Made by a program: the position numbers and the translations under genes. Positions 37,028 to 46,981 of a stretch of DNA of 64,000 bases are shown here, piece after piece. Under the pieces are notes generated by a model, which was not told where the DNA came from, made no database searches, and saw only the letters and a list, made by a program, of their open reading frames with translations. How positions within the stretch are numbered: the first letter of the stretch is position 1; each line of letters begins with the position of its first letter. The stretch comes from Deltaproteobacteria bacterium (GTDB lineage Bacteria; Desulfobacterota; RBG-13-43-22): assembly GCA_016219225.1 (NCBI GenBank), contig JACRBX010000202.1, positions 741-64,740 on the forward strand, written 5' to 3'.

Positions 37028-38167
37028 ATGGAAAGAGGACTGTTTCAGGAAGAACATTTAATTTTTCGCGAGGCCTTCAGAAAATTCCTGGATAAGGAAA
37101 TCGCCCCCTATTATGAACAATGGGAAGAAGACGGGATTGTTCCCAAAGCGGTTTGGCACAAGACCGGCGAAAACGGCTATCTCTGTCCCTGGGTGGCCGA
37201 AGAGTATGGAGGGGCCGGTGCCGGGTTGGAATATTCCATTATTATGGCCGAGGAAATGAGCCGAAGGGATTATGTCGGATTCGCCCACTCCCTGCACAGC
37301 AATGTTATTGTACCCTATATTGATACCTACGGCAATGAGGATCAAAAAAGAAGATGGCTGCCAGGCTGTGTCAGCGGTGAGATCATCACGGCCATTGCCA
37401 TGACCGAGCCTAATGCCGGGTCCGATCTGGCGGCCATCCGAACAACGGCCAAAAGAGACGGAGAGGACTATATCCTCAACGGCCAAAAGACCTTCATTTC
37501 CAATGGCCTCAATTCAAACCTGGTTATTGTGGCCGCCAAGACCGATCCGGCGGCCGGTTACAAGGGGATCAGTCTTATTGGTGTCGAAGAGGGCGCCTCC
37601 GGTTTTTCCAGGGGGAGAAAACTGAATAAAATGGGTATGCACAGCCAGGATACGGCCGAGCTGATTTTCGAGGAGTGCCGCGTCCCGGTGGCGAACCTTT
37701 TAGGGGAAGAAGGCAAAGGGTTCCGCTATCTGATGGAAAAACTGCAGCGGGAGAGGCTTTTCTCGGTAACCGGATCTCAGGCCATGGCCGAGGCCATGCT
37801 GGCCCTGACCATTCAGTATTGTAAAGAGCGGGAGATTTTCGGCAAACCGGTCGGGTCGTTCCAGCACAACACCTTCAAGCTGGTCGAAATGGCCACGGAG
37901 ATCGAACTGGGCCGAACCTTTGTTGATGCCTTGATCAAGGAACACATCGCCGGTATCGACATTACCAAAAAGGTTTGCATGGCCAAGTCCTGGGTGGCCG
38001 AGATGGCCAACCGGGTGGCCTACAACTGCCTCCAACTCTTTGGTGGATACGGTTATATGGAGGAATATCCCATCTGCCGCTTTGCCAGGGATGTGCGGGT
38101 CCAAACCATTTATGCCGGTTCTACGGAGGTGATGAAATCGGTGGTGGGGAAGATGCTGGGGTTTTAA
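37028..38167 (+). CDS. Acyl-CoA dehydrogenase (long-chain type)
   Basis: AMTEPNAGSDL, NGQKTFISNG, LQRERL (LCAD-type Glu), IYAGSTE. Confidence 0.94.
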   Translation: MERGLFQEEHLIFREAFRKFLDKEIAPYYEQWEEDGIVPKAVWHKTGENGYLCPWVAEEYGGAGAGLEYSIIMAEEMSRRDYVGFAHSLHSNVIVPYIDTYGNEDQKRRWLPGCVSGEIITAIAMTEPNAGSDLAAIRTTAKRDGEDYILNGQKTFISNGLNSNLVIVAAKTDPAAGYKGISLIGVEEGASGFSRGRKLNKMGMHSQDTAELIFEECRVPVANLLGEEGKGFRYLMEKLQRERLFSVTGSQAMAEAMLALTIQYCKEREIFGKPVGSFQHNTFKLVEMATEIELGRTFVDALIKEHIAGIDITKKVCMAKSWVAEMANRVAYNCLQLFGGYGYMEEYPICRFARDVRVQTIYAGSTEVMKSVVGKMLGF

Positions 38168-38196
38168 AGAAAAAACGGTTCAAGGTCCGGTAAATC

Positions 38197-38268
38197 AGTT
38201 CGGAGTTAAGAGTTCGGAGTAAAACCATTTTCATGTTTCGTGGTGTCCAAATGGGCATGAACGCTTAC
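38197..38268. repeat. GAGTTCG array plus inverted family B module
   Basis: AAACCATTTTCATGTTTCGTGGTGTCC...GGGCATGA, homologous to 51038-51078. Confidence 0.75.
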
Positions 38269-38432
38269 TGCGGAAAGAAAAAGCAGAGGAGAGGCACGAG
38301 GCGAGGGGAAACAAGGAGTGGGGGAGTACCCTCTTAATGAGCTTCTTGCAAATGTCTAAGCTCGGAAAAAATAGGTCAGGCATCCTGCCTGACTAAAGAT
38401 CATTAAAAATGGGAAAGACAAGGAGAGGGATC

Positions 38433-39575
38433 ATGAAAAGAACAGCAGCAATTATTTTTATGTTAACCATGTTTTTCATCTTCCAGGGGCCGGTATTTGC
38501 TCAGGAGATCAACATCGGTTATACCGGTCCGCTGACCGGGCGGGCAGCGGCCATTGGAATTGACGCCTTACATGGTGCACTGATCGCCGCTAAGGAAATC
38601 AACGACGCCGGCGGGGTGGAGGTGGCCGGGAAGAAGTATAAGGTGAATATCCAGAGCTATGATGATGAAGGGGTGGCCGCCAAGGCCGTAGCCGGGATGC
38701 AACGCCTGAAAGATAAATATGAGGTTCCTGTTATTATTCAAAATATCAGTGGATCCGTTATGGCCATGCTGGAAAGAAATGAAAAGATGGGTGTCCTGCT
38801 GATCGGTTTTTTCAAAATTCCTGAGGCGACCAAGAAGGGAAACAAACTGGTCCTTCGGCATCAACAGACCATTGATGAAGATGCCATAGGGCTGGCCCGG
38901 GAGGCCGTGAAAATTTTAAAGGCCAAAAGTTATGCCATGATCTCCGATACGGGTGATTATGGGAAATCCTCAGTCAAGGCCTACCAGGGGGCCTTTGAAA
39001 AGCTGGGGGTCAAAATGGCTGCCAACGAGTGGCTGGACCAGCGTACTCAGACCGATTTCCGGGGGCAACTGACCAAGATCAAGGCCGCCAACCCGGACGT
39101 GATCTTGCTTACGGCTTATGACGAGGCCTCGGCCGGGGTGATCAAACAGGCCCATGAATTGGGGATCAAGACGCCTTTTGTCGTTTCCACGGGCTTTGCG
39201 GCTGCGGGTGAGAAACTCACCGGTCCTGATTTGATCGAAGGATTTTTAAGACGGGTCGAGTATACTAATATGATTCCTCCACCTGCTGCGGTGGCCCGTT
39301 ATCGGACCCAATTGTACCCGGCCATGGGCTATAAGGAACCGGCAGCCGGCTTTGGTGTGAATTGCTACGCCAGTGTCCACATCATCCTCCAGGCCATGCA
39401 AAAGGCAGGAACGACTACGGACGCCCTTAAGATCCGGCAGGCTGTTCCATTGGTGTTGCCCCTTGATGATAAACATAATACGACCGGTCTGAAAACCTTC
39501 AAGGAAGATGGTGAAGGGGCGATTACCGCCAAGATCGGGAGGTATCAGAAGGGGAAACTGGTGCCGGTTAATTAG
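38433..39575 (+). CDS. Liv-type ABC substrate-binding protein
   Basis: Signal peptide ending VFA-QE, INIGYTGPLTG; close paralog of 11922-13076. Confidence 0.92.
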   Translation: MKRTAAIIFMLTMFFIFQGPVFAQEINIGYTGPLTGRAAAIGIDALHGALIAAKEINDAGGVEVAGKKYKVNIQSYDDEGVAAKAVAGMQRLKDKYEVPVIIQNISGSVMAMLERNEKMGVLLIGFFKIPEATKKGNKLVLRHQQTIDEDAIGLAREAVKILKAKSYAMISDTGDYGKSSVKAYQGAFEKLGVKMAANEWLDQRTQTDFRGQLTKIKAANPDVILLTAYDEASAGVIKQAHELGIKTPFVVSTGFAAAGEKLTGPDLIEGFLRRVEYTNMIPPPAAVARYRTQLYPAMGYKEPAAGFGVNCYASVHIILQAMQKAGTTTDALKIRQAVPLVLPLDDKHNTTGLKTFKEDGEGAITAKIGRYQKGKLVPVN

Positions 39576-39645
39576 AGAAAAAAAGTTTCAAGTTTCAAGA
39601 TGCAAGTCAAGACACCATTTTCAAACTGGTATAGGGGTATGAGCG

Positions 39646-40506
39646 ATGGCTGAATTTCTGCAGTATATGGTCAACGGTTTGATTGCCGGCAGCGCTTATG
39701 GTCTTCTGGCCCTGGCCATGACCCTGATCTATGGGATTCTCGCAATCCCCAATTTTGCCCTGGGGGCCATCTATGCGATGGGGGCCTTTATCTCCTTTTA
39801 TGTCATCCAGTGGATGGGACCGGGGTACTATCTGGGGAGCCTCCTGCCGGTGGTGATACTGGCCGGATTGATCGGGGTGATCAGCGAAAGGGTTGTTTTC
39901 CGGCCCCTCCATAATGCCCCCCATGCCGCCGGGTTTATCGGGGCCTTGGGGCTTTACTCCATTCTGGAGGGGGGCTGGAATGTCTGGTTCGGCCCGGATT
40001 GGCGGAGTATCGCCTCTCCGTATAATGACATCATCATCCGGTTGGGTCCGGTCTCCCTGACCCTGCAGCGGTTGATCCTTTTCGGGGTCTGCCTGCTGTT
40101 CGCCCTGGGGACCTACCTGCTGGTTTTTCGGACCCTGACCGGCAAACAGATCCGGGCCTTTTCTGAAAACAAGGATGTAGCCCGGCTGCTGGGGGTCAAT
40201 ACCAACCGCATGTCCTATCTGACTTTTATTATCGGTTACGGCCTGACCGGGATAGGCGGGGCGCTGGTGGCGCCCACGGCCCTGGTGGGATCGAGCATGG
40301 GATTGACGCCGATCATCAAGTCCTTCATCGTGGTGGCCCTGGGGGGACTGGGCAGCGTCACCGGGGCCATAATAGGGGGGCTTATTTTGGGGCTGGGGGA
40401 GAATTTCGGGGCCGCCTATATCAGCTCCATGTATAAGGATCTTTTTTCCTTTGCCCTTTTCCTGGGGGTGCTGCTTTGGATGCCCCAGGGGTTATACCGG
40501 CGATAA
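39646..40506 (+). CDS. LivH-like ABC permease
   Basis: NGLIAGSAYGLLALAMTLIYG, LGGLGSVTGA. Confidence 0.93.
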   Translation: MAEFLQYMVNGLIAGSAYGLLALAMTLIYGILAIPNFALGAIYAMGAFISFYVIQWMGPGYYLGSLLPVVILAGLIGVISERVVFRPLHNAPHAAGFIGALGLYSILEGGWNVWFGPDWRSIASPYNDIIIRLGPVSLTLQRLILFGVCLLFALGTYLLVFRTLTGKQIRAFSENKDVARLLGVNTNRMSYLTFIIGYGLTGIGGALVAPTALVGSSMGLTPIIKSFIVVALGGLGSVTGAIIGGLILGLGENFGAAYISSMYKDLFSFALFLGVLLWMPQGLYRR

Positions 40507-40511
40507 CTGAA

Positions 40512-40748
40512 CCGGCCCTTTGGGGGCGACACGAAGAATGAAAAAATCGAATATCGAATAATGAATATCGAATGTCGAATGTCGAAGGAAGGCAAAGACC
40601 AATCACTTCATTATTCACAATTTCGAATTAAGCCCTCATGCCCCAGGGGCGCCACGGAGCATGAAAATGACCCGTAAGGGCGGGTTTAAAACCCGCTCCT
40701 ACAGAGCTTCTTTGGAAGTGGGTTTTTTAAATTCCGCAATCCGAAATG
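40512..40748. repeat. Composite spacer: AATATCG heptamers, family B module (40631-40668), REP-like hairpin GGGCGGGTTTAAAACCCGCTCCTAC
   Basis: Read directly; a similar hairpin occurs near 46906-46927. Confidence 0.8.
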
Positions 40749-40759
40749 GGAAGAGATCT

Positions 40760-41710
40760 ATGCGCAAATTGATTTATCTGTTATTGGGACTTCTGGTAAT
40801 TCTGTTACCGTTTCTGATCCGGTCGAATTACTGGATGTACATGTTCACCCTGGTGGGCATTTACATCATCCTGGTGGCCAGCCTGGATTTGATCTATGGT
40901 TACAGCGGACTGGTCTCTCTGGGCCACGGGGCCTTTTTCGGCCTGGGGGCCTATGCCTGCGGTATTCTGCAGGTCAAATTGGGGCTATCCTTTTTACCGG
41001 CCCTGATTTTGGGAACCCTGTTTACCTGTTTTTCTTCGGCGATCATGGGCTGGCCCATGTTGCGGATCAAGGGGCCTTATTTTGCCCTGGGCACGCTGGC
41101 CCTGGGACTCATGGTGACTATTGTCATTCATAACTGGGACAGTCTGACCGGGGGGGTGAGCCTGTCGGGGATTCCGCTCCCACCGGAGATCCATCTTATG
41201 GGCTGGACCGTGGATTTTTCCTCGAAGCGGACCTATTATTATCTGGTCCTGCTTTTTGTGTTCCTGACCATTTTTCTGATCCGTCGCCTGACCCGTTCCC
41301 GTCCGGGCCGGGCCTTTCAATCCATCCGGGAAAACGAGGACCTGGCCGAAGCGCTGGGGGTGCACATCCTGCGTTACAAGCTCATTGTTTACGTCATCGC
41401 CAGCACCATGGCGGCTTTTGCCGGAGGGCTCTATGCCTGTTACATGGGTTCCATCGAGCCGGAGATCGCCGGGGGGCACATGTCGTTCAATCTGCTGGTC
41501 ATGATCGTCGTGGGCGGGGCGCGGACTGTGACCGGAGAGATCGTCGGACCGTTGCTGCTCTGGTTTCTGCCTGAATTTCTGGAAGCGGCCCAGGTTTACC
41601 GGCCGTTGTTTTATGGATTGATTTTGCTGATCGTCATTCTTTTAATGCCCATGGGGATTGCCGGAAAGCTGCGATCCCTGCATCCGAGGATAGCCCAATG
41701 GATACCGTGA
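40760..41710 (+). CDS. LivM-like ABC permease
   Basis: GYSGLVSLGHGAFFGLGAY, LRIKGPYFALGTL. The ORF extension back to 40661 lies in repeat sequence. Confidence 0.92.
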   Translation: MRKLIYLLLGLLVILLPFLIRSNYWMYMFTLVGIYIILVASLDLIYGYSGLVSLGHGAFFGLGAYACGILQVKLGLSFLPALILGTLFTCFSSAIMGWPMLRIKGPYFALGTLALGLMVTIVIHNWDSLTGGVSLSGIPLPPEIHLMGWTVDFSSKRTYYYLVLLFVFLTIFLIRRLTRSRPGRAFQSIRENEDLAEALGVHILRYKLIVYVIASTMAAFAGGLYACYMGSIEPEIAGGHMSFNLLVMIVVGGARTVTGEIVGPLLLWFLPEFLEAAQVYRPLFYGLILLIVILLMPMGIAGKLRSLHPRIAQWIP

Positions 41711-42507
41711 GACCTGAAAATGGAGCCCCCTATCTGAAGGGGGATAAGATATCCGTATCATTTGGAAGGCTGGTGGCTGTTTATGATCTGGAGTTCCAGA
41801 TACAGACCGGGGAGATCTTCGGCCTTATCGGCCCCAACGGGGCAGGGAAGACGACGGTCTTTAATGCCGTTACCGGCTCGGTTCCCTTAAGCAGCGGGAA
41901 GATCCGTTTTGACGGCCGGGATATCAGCGGCTTGAAGCCCCATCAGATCACCGAACAGGGGATTGTGCGGGTTTTTCAAGCGGCGACGATTTTTCCGGGG
42001 TTACCGGTCCGGGACCACGTAATGACCGGTCTCCACTGCCGGACCGCGACTTCGGTTTTTGGGGCCCTCTGGCGAAGCCCCTTCAGCCGGAAAGAGGAGG
42101 ATCAGAGCCGGCAGCGGGTGGAGGCCCTGCTGAATTTTACCCATCTGGCCGAGTTTCAGGAGCAGCCGGCTGCCAATCTGACCTGGGCCCAGCAGAAGCG
42201 CTTAATGCTGGCTACGGCCCTGGCCAGCAACCCGAGACTGATTTTATTAGACGAGCCGGTAGCCGGCATGAACGCCGACGAGATCCAGGAAATGATCGAT
42301 TTGATCGCAACGGTGAGAAAAGATGGGATTACCGTTTTTATCATCGACCATAATATGAGGGTCATGATGGGGATCTGTGACCGCCTTTTAGTCATGAATT
42401 ACGGACAGAAACTGACCGAAGGGGTTCCGGCAGAAGTGTCCCGGGACCCCCGGGTCATCGAAGCCTATCTGGGGTATAAAAAAGATGATACAACTGAAAA
42501 ACATTGA
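41698..42507 (+). CDS. LivG-like ABC ATPase
   Basis: GPNGAGKTT, LLDEPVAGMN, VIEAYLG. Confidence 0.94.
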   Translation: MDTVRPENGAPYLKGDKISVSFGRLVAVYDLEFQIQTGEIFGLIGPNGAGKTTVFNAVTGSVPLSSGKIRFDGRDISGLKPHQITEQGIVRVFQAATIFPGLPVRDHVMTGLHCRTATSVFGALWRSPFSRKEEDQSRQRVEALLNFTHLAEFQEQPAANLTWAQQKRLMLATALASNPRLILLDEPVAGMNADEIQEMIDLIATVRKDGITVFIIDHNMRVMMGICDRLLVMNYGQKLTEGVPAEVSRDPRVIEAYLGYKKDDTTEKH

Positions 42508-43189
42508 ACTTTTTTATGGTAAGTCGCAGGCCTTGCACGGGGTATCCCTTTCGGTTGGTCCCGGTGAAATCGTGGCCCTGATCGGGGCCAACGGGGCCGG
42601 GAAAACGACGGTGCTGAAGGCCATATCGGGGTTGATTCCCTGGACCTCGGGGGAGATCCTCTTTCAGGGCAAATCGCTGAAAGGTTTGACGCCGGAGACG
42701 ATAGCCCAAAAGGGGATTTCCCATGTCCCGGAAAGGGGGGGCATCTTCGGTAAGATGACTGTTCTGGAAAACCTGGAATTAGGGACTGTAGCACAGAAGA
42801 ACCGGCAAGACCTGAAAGAAAGATTTGAAAAGGTCTTCCGGCTTTTTCCGATATTGGAGCAGAGAAAAGGCCAATTAGGCGGGCAACTGAGCGGAGGGGA
42901 GAGGCAGATGCTGGCCATCGGGCGGGCCATGATGAGCAATCCGGCCTTGTACCTTCTGGACGAGCCGACCCTGGGCTTAAGTCCCCGCATGGTCGGAGAG
43001 ATCGCCGCTATCGTCCAGGAGATCAGCCAGCAGGGGGGGACTATTCTTCTGGTGGAGCAAAATGCCCTGATGGCCCTGGAACTGGCCGGGCGGGGCTATG
43101 TCCTGGAAATCGGCCGCATCTTTCATGAAGGACCCAGCCGGGAATTGATGGAGGATGAGCAGGTCAAAAAGGCCTATCTGGGGATTTGA
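42485..43189 (+). CDS. LivF-like ABC ATPase
   Basis: GANGAGKTT, LSGGERQMLA, LVEQNA. Confidence 0.95.
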   Translation: MIQLKNIELFYGKSQALHGVSLSVGPGEIVALIGANGAGKTTVLKAISGLIPWTSGEILFQGKSLKGLTPETIAQKGISHVPERGGIFGKMTVLENLELGTVAQKNRQDLKERFEKVFRLFPILEQRKGQLGGQLSGGERQMLAIGRAMMSNPALYLLDEPTLGLSPRMVGEIAAIVQEISQQGGTILLVEQNALMALELAGRGYVLEIGRIFHEGPSRELMEDEQVKKAYLGI

Positions 43190-43296
43190 AAGCGGTCAGC
43201 GATCAGCGATCAGCTTTCAGGAAACCTCTGGAAAATGTAATAATTTTGTGCTTTGAAAAATTTGAGCCCTAATCTGAAAATTCGGACTTTCTTACA

Positions 43297-43376
43297 CGTC
43301 ATTCCCGTGGAAACGGGAATCCAGGTGTTATGCTGAGACGAAAAGAACCTGGATTCCGGTTTTGACCGGAATGACG
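43297..43376. repeat. Family C palindromic element
   Basis: CGTCATTCCCGTGGAAACGGGAATCCAGGT...ACCTGGATTCCGGTTTTGACCGGAATGACG. Confidence 0.88.
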
Positions 43377-43447
43377 GAGAGGTTATTCCCCGCATTCGTT
43401 CGAGAGGGACTTTTAAAGGTCCATCCGCCTTGAAGGATTGAAATTAA

Positions 43448-45034
43448 ATGGAGCTTACCGAAAAACAGAGATTTGAAATAGAGATGTCCAGACAATTGCT
43501 GCTGGGGGAGATGCTGGCCCGTAATGCCCGAAAATTTCCTGACCTGGAAGGAGTGATTTTTAAAGATAAAAGGATACACTATCGGGCCTTGGATGAACGG
43601 GTCAACCGGCTGGCTAATGCCCTTCTGTCACTGGGGATCGGAAAAGGGGATTCCATCGGACTGCTTATGGAGAACAGGCAGGAAATGCTGGAGATATTTT
43701 TTGCAGTGGCTAAAATAGGGGCCGTCAACGTCCCCATAAATATCCGGCTGGCTCCACAGGAAATAGCCTATATCTTGAGTAATGCCGAGGTGAGGCTCCT
43801 CTTTTTGGGAGAGCATTTCGTCCGGACCATCGAAACCATTAAAGGCACTCTCCCCTTAATTGCAGAGTACATCATAACGGATTCGAAAGGGGAGGGAGGG
43901 TATAAATTTTATGAAGAGGTTTTGTCAAAAGGCTCGGTTATTCAACCGGAAGCCCGGCTCCAGGACGACGAGGACGTTTTTCTGATTTATACCGCCGGGA
44001 CTACAGGAAAACCCAAAGGGGCCATATTGACCCACAAAAATTTGATTACCAACGCTATGACCATCAGTATAGAGACAGCCCTGGCGCTTCCTCGAAAAAA
44101 CGATATGCCTTTTATAGCGCCGAAAGTAATGTCCGTTACCCCATTTTTTCATATCGCCGGTGTGGTCAGCATCATCAAGACCATGCAGGCCTTGACGCCC
44201 ATGGTTGTTTTGGATTTTGATCCCGTGGAGTTATTAAAAGCCGTTGAAAGGGAAAGGATTACCTTCCTGTTTCTTGTTCCGGCCATGTGGCTTATGGTGA
44301 TGAATCATCCGGACTTCAAAAAATATGATGTCAGTTCCCTGCGAACGGCCGCCTATGGAGCGGATGTGACGACGAATGCCCTTAAGGAACGGATTCTGGA
44401 ATCATTCCCCAATGCCTCCTTGTATGAAGCCTTCGGACAGACCGAGATGTCGGCCACCACGGTTTACATGAAACACCAGGATGCCCTGCGCAAGGAGGGA
44501 TCTGTGGGGCTGCCTCTATTCAATGTTGAGGTCCGGATAGTGAATGAGGCTATGGAAGATGTCTCGGTTAACGAAGTCGGCGAGATTGTTTATCGGGGAC
44601 CCGGCCTGATGAAGGGCTATTACAAGAACACGGAAGAAACCCGGAAGGCCTTCGAGGGAGGCTGGTTCCACAGTGGCGATCTGGTGCGACGGGATGAGGA
44701 AGGTTTCGTCTATGTGGTGGATCGCAAGAAGGACATGATCGTCAGCGGGGGTGAGAATATTTATTCGGCGGAAGTCGAGTCCGTCCTCCTGACCTGCCCC
44801 AAGATCAAAGAAGCCGCCGTCGTCGGTATTCCGGACCCAAAATGGGGAGAGGCGGTCAAGGCCTGTGTGGTCCTTGAACCGGGCCGGGAAGCAACGGCCG
44901 ATGAAATTATCCAATTTTGTCTTAACAAGATGGCCCGGTTTAAGCGGCCGAAGATCGTCGAATTCCTCCCAGCCCTGCCCCGCAGTGCCACAGGGAAGAT
45001 ACTCAAGCGAGATTTGCGTGCCCATCCAGAATAG
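43448..45034 (+). CDS. Long-chain-type acyl-CoA synthetase (AMP-forming)
   Basis: YTAGTTGKPKG, FGQTEM, GWFHSGD, TGKILKR. Confidence 0.95.
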   Translation: MELTEKQRFEIEMSRQLLLGEMLARNARKFPDLEGVIFKDKRIHYRALDERVNRLANALLSLGIGKGDSIGLLMENRQEMLEIFFAVAKIGAVNVPINIRLAPQEIAYILSNAEVRLLFLGEHFVRTIETIKGTLPLIAEYIITDSKGEGGYKFYEEVLSKGSVIQPEARLQDDEDVFLIYTAGTTGKPKGAILTHKNLITNAMTISIETALALPRKNDMPFIAPKVMSVTPFFHIAGVVSIIKTMQALTPMVVLDFDPVELLKAVERERITFLFLVPAMWLMVMNHPDFKKYDVSSLRTAAYGADVTTNALKERILESFPNASLYEAFGQTEMSATTVYMKHQDALRKEGSVGLPLFNVEVRIVNEAMEDVSVNEVGEIVYRGPGLMKGYYKNTEETRKAFEGGWFHSGDLVRRDEEGFVYVVDRKKDMIVSGGENIYSAEVESVLLTCPKIKEAAVVGIPDPKWGEAVKACVVLEPGREATADEIIQFCLNKMARFKRPKIVEFLPALPRSATGKILKRDLRAHPE

Positions 45035-45040
45035 GGTTAT

Positions 45041-45119
45041 GAGTTCGGAGTTCGGAGTTCTGAGTTCGAAGAAACCCATTTTCTTGTTTCTTAGAGCCCC
45101 ACGGGGCATAAAGGTTTAA
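45041..45119. repeat. GAGTTCG array plus degenerate inverted family B module
   Basis: GAGTTCGGAGTTCGGAGTTCTGAGTTCG followed by CCATTTTC...GCCCCACGGGGCATAAAGGTTTA. Confidence 0.75.
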
Positions 45120-45120
45120 C

Positions 45121-46875
45121 GTGATAATCGATTTAACAGAAATCAAAAAAAGACCCTGGTATCCTTCTTATCCGGAAGGGATCAGGAAACAACTGGAGTC
45201 CTATAGCCTGCCGGAAATACCTTCGTACAGGTTTTTGGAATCATCGGCCAAATACTTTCCCAATTCGACGGCTCTAGTCTACGAGCCGGAAAATTTCCTT
45301 GTCAATTATTTGGAACTGTGCAGCCTGTGTGAGCGATTCGCCTCGGGGCTCCAAAATAAACTGGGTGTCAAAAAAGGGGACCGGGTGGCCATATACGCTC
45401 GAAATTATCCGGAATTCGTCATCGCCCTCTTCGGAATATCGATGGCCGGAGCGGTCTATGTGGCTTGCAATCCCCTGTTGACCGAAGAAGAGGTGGCCTA
45501 CCAGATCAAGGATTCCGGGGCCGGAATTGCCGTCACCTCTGATGATCTGATGCCCGTTTTAAAAGGTCTTGTTGAAAAAAGGGGCACACCCTTGGAAAGG
45601 GTCATCGTATTTACCAGAAATCAGGAATTGAAGCCGGCCCTTCTCGGCCGGAAGGAAATGGCTTTCAAGTCTCCCCTGGTCGGCTTTTCGGAGGTCTTTT
45701 CCGACAAGTCCTTTACCAAACCGGTTATACATCCCAAACAGGATTTAACGGCCATCATGTACACCTCGGGAACGACAGGATATCCCAAAGGGGTCATGAT
45801 TTCTCATTATAATGTCGTTTCCTCGACCATTATGTACCAGACCGCCTATACGGGAAAATTTCCGGAAGTCGATGCTTCCGGTTTTCTAAAGTGTGCCAAT
45901 GACCCGAAGGATCTGACCCGGGAATGGGATTATCCCATCCGCTATGGCATGGATTCCGTGCTGGTCGTTCCCCCCTGGACGCACATGCTGGCCTATTTGG
46001 GGCAATTGCACTTTCCGGTCATGGCCGCCATGGCGATTTTCCCTATGCCGGCTTTTAACAAAGACTCGATGCTCGATATGGTCAGACGCTGGAAGATAAG
46101 CTTTGCCGGAGGGGCCCCGCAAATGATGGCCATGTTGCTTTCCCTGTCGGAAGGGGACCAAGGGGCCCTCTATCCCATCCGGGCCTGGACCACCGGCGGT
46201 TCTCCGGTTCCCACGGTTTTGGCTGAAAAGTTTTCCCGAATCATCAGCGGCGTCATCACCGAGGGGTACAGCCTGACCGAGGCGACCATCAGCTCTACGA
46301 AACATTACTGTAACCGGTCGGGCCGGAGAAAATACGGGTCCATCGGAAGCCCTCTTCCCTTCATCGATATGAAAGTGGTCGACATCCTGACGGGAAAGGA
46401 AGAAATGCCTGTAGGGCAGGAGGGCGAATTGATTCAAAACGGACCGACCGTAACCCTGGGCTATTTAAATCGACCGGAAGCCACCCAGGAGACCTTCAGA
46501 AACGGTTGGCTCTATACCGGCGATCTGGCGGTCATGGATGCGGAGGGGTTGTTTTATATTACCGGCCGGAAAAAGGAACTGATCATTTATAAGGGGTACA
46601 ATATCGCCCCCCGGATGCTCGAAGAAATTCTGTATAAGCATCCCGACGTGTTGGAATGCGCCGTGGTCGGCAAGAAGGATGATATGGCCGGGGAGATACC
46701 GGTGGCCTTTGTCACCCTTAAAGAAGGGCGTCGGGCAGCGGCCGAAGAAATCATGGCCTTTGTCAACGAAAAGGTGGCTCCCTATAAGAAGATCAGGGAG
46801 CTCAGATTTATCGATAAGATACCGGTAAATCCGAATGGCAAGGTCATGCGCAAGGAACTGGTGAAGATGGTTTAG
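45121..46875 (+). CDS. Acyl-CoA synthetase (AMP-forming, FadD/4CL-like)
   Basis: YTSGTTGYPKG, EGYSLTEA, GWLYTGD, NGKVMRK; GTG start. Confidence 0.94.
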   Translation: MIIDLTEIKKRPWYPSYPEGIRKQLESYSLPEIPSYRFLESSAKYFPNSTALVYEPENFLVNYLELCSLCERFASGLQNKLGVKKGDRVAIYARNYPEFVIALFGISMAGAVYVACNPLLTEEEVAYQIKDSGAGIAVTSDDLMPVLKGLVEKRGTPLERVIVFTRNQELKPALLGRKEMAFKSPLVGFSEVFSDKSFTKPVIHPKQDLTAIMYTSGTTGYPKGVMISHYNVVSSTIMYQTAYTGKFPEVDASGFLKCANDPKDLTREWDYPIRYGMDSVLVVPPWTHMLAYLGQLHFPVMAAMAIFPMPAFNKDSMLDMVRRWKISFAGGAPQMMAMLLSLSEGDQGALYPIRAWTTGGSPVPTVLAEKFSRIISGVITEGYSLTEATISSTKHYCNRSGRRKYGSIGSPLPFIDMKVVDILTGKEEMPVGQEGELIQNGPTVTLGYLNRPEATQETFRNGWLYTGDLAVMDAEGLFYITGRKKELIIYKGYNIAPRMLEEILYKHPDVLECAVVGKKDDMAGEIPVAFVTLKEGRRAAAEEIMAFVNEKVAPYKKIRELRFIDKIPVNPNGKVMRKELVKMV

Positions 46876-46981
46876 TGCAAAAATAACTCCTGTAAGGTTT
46901 CTGTTAGGACGGGTTTCAAACCCGCCCCGGCCAATGATTGATTAAAAGACTGTTTTGGAGACGATCGCATAAGGAGAGAAA

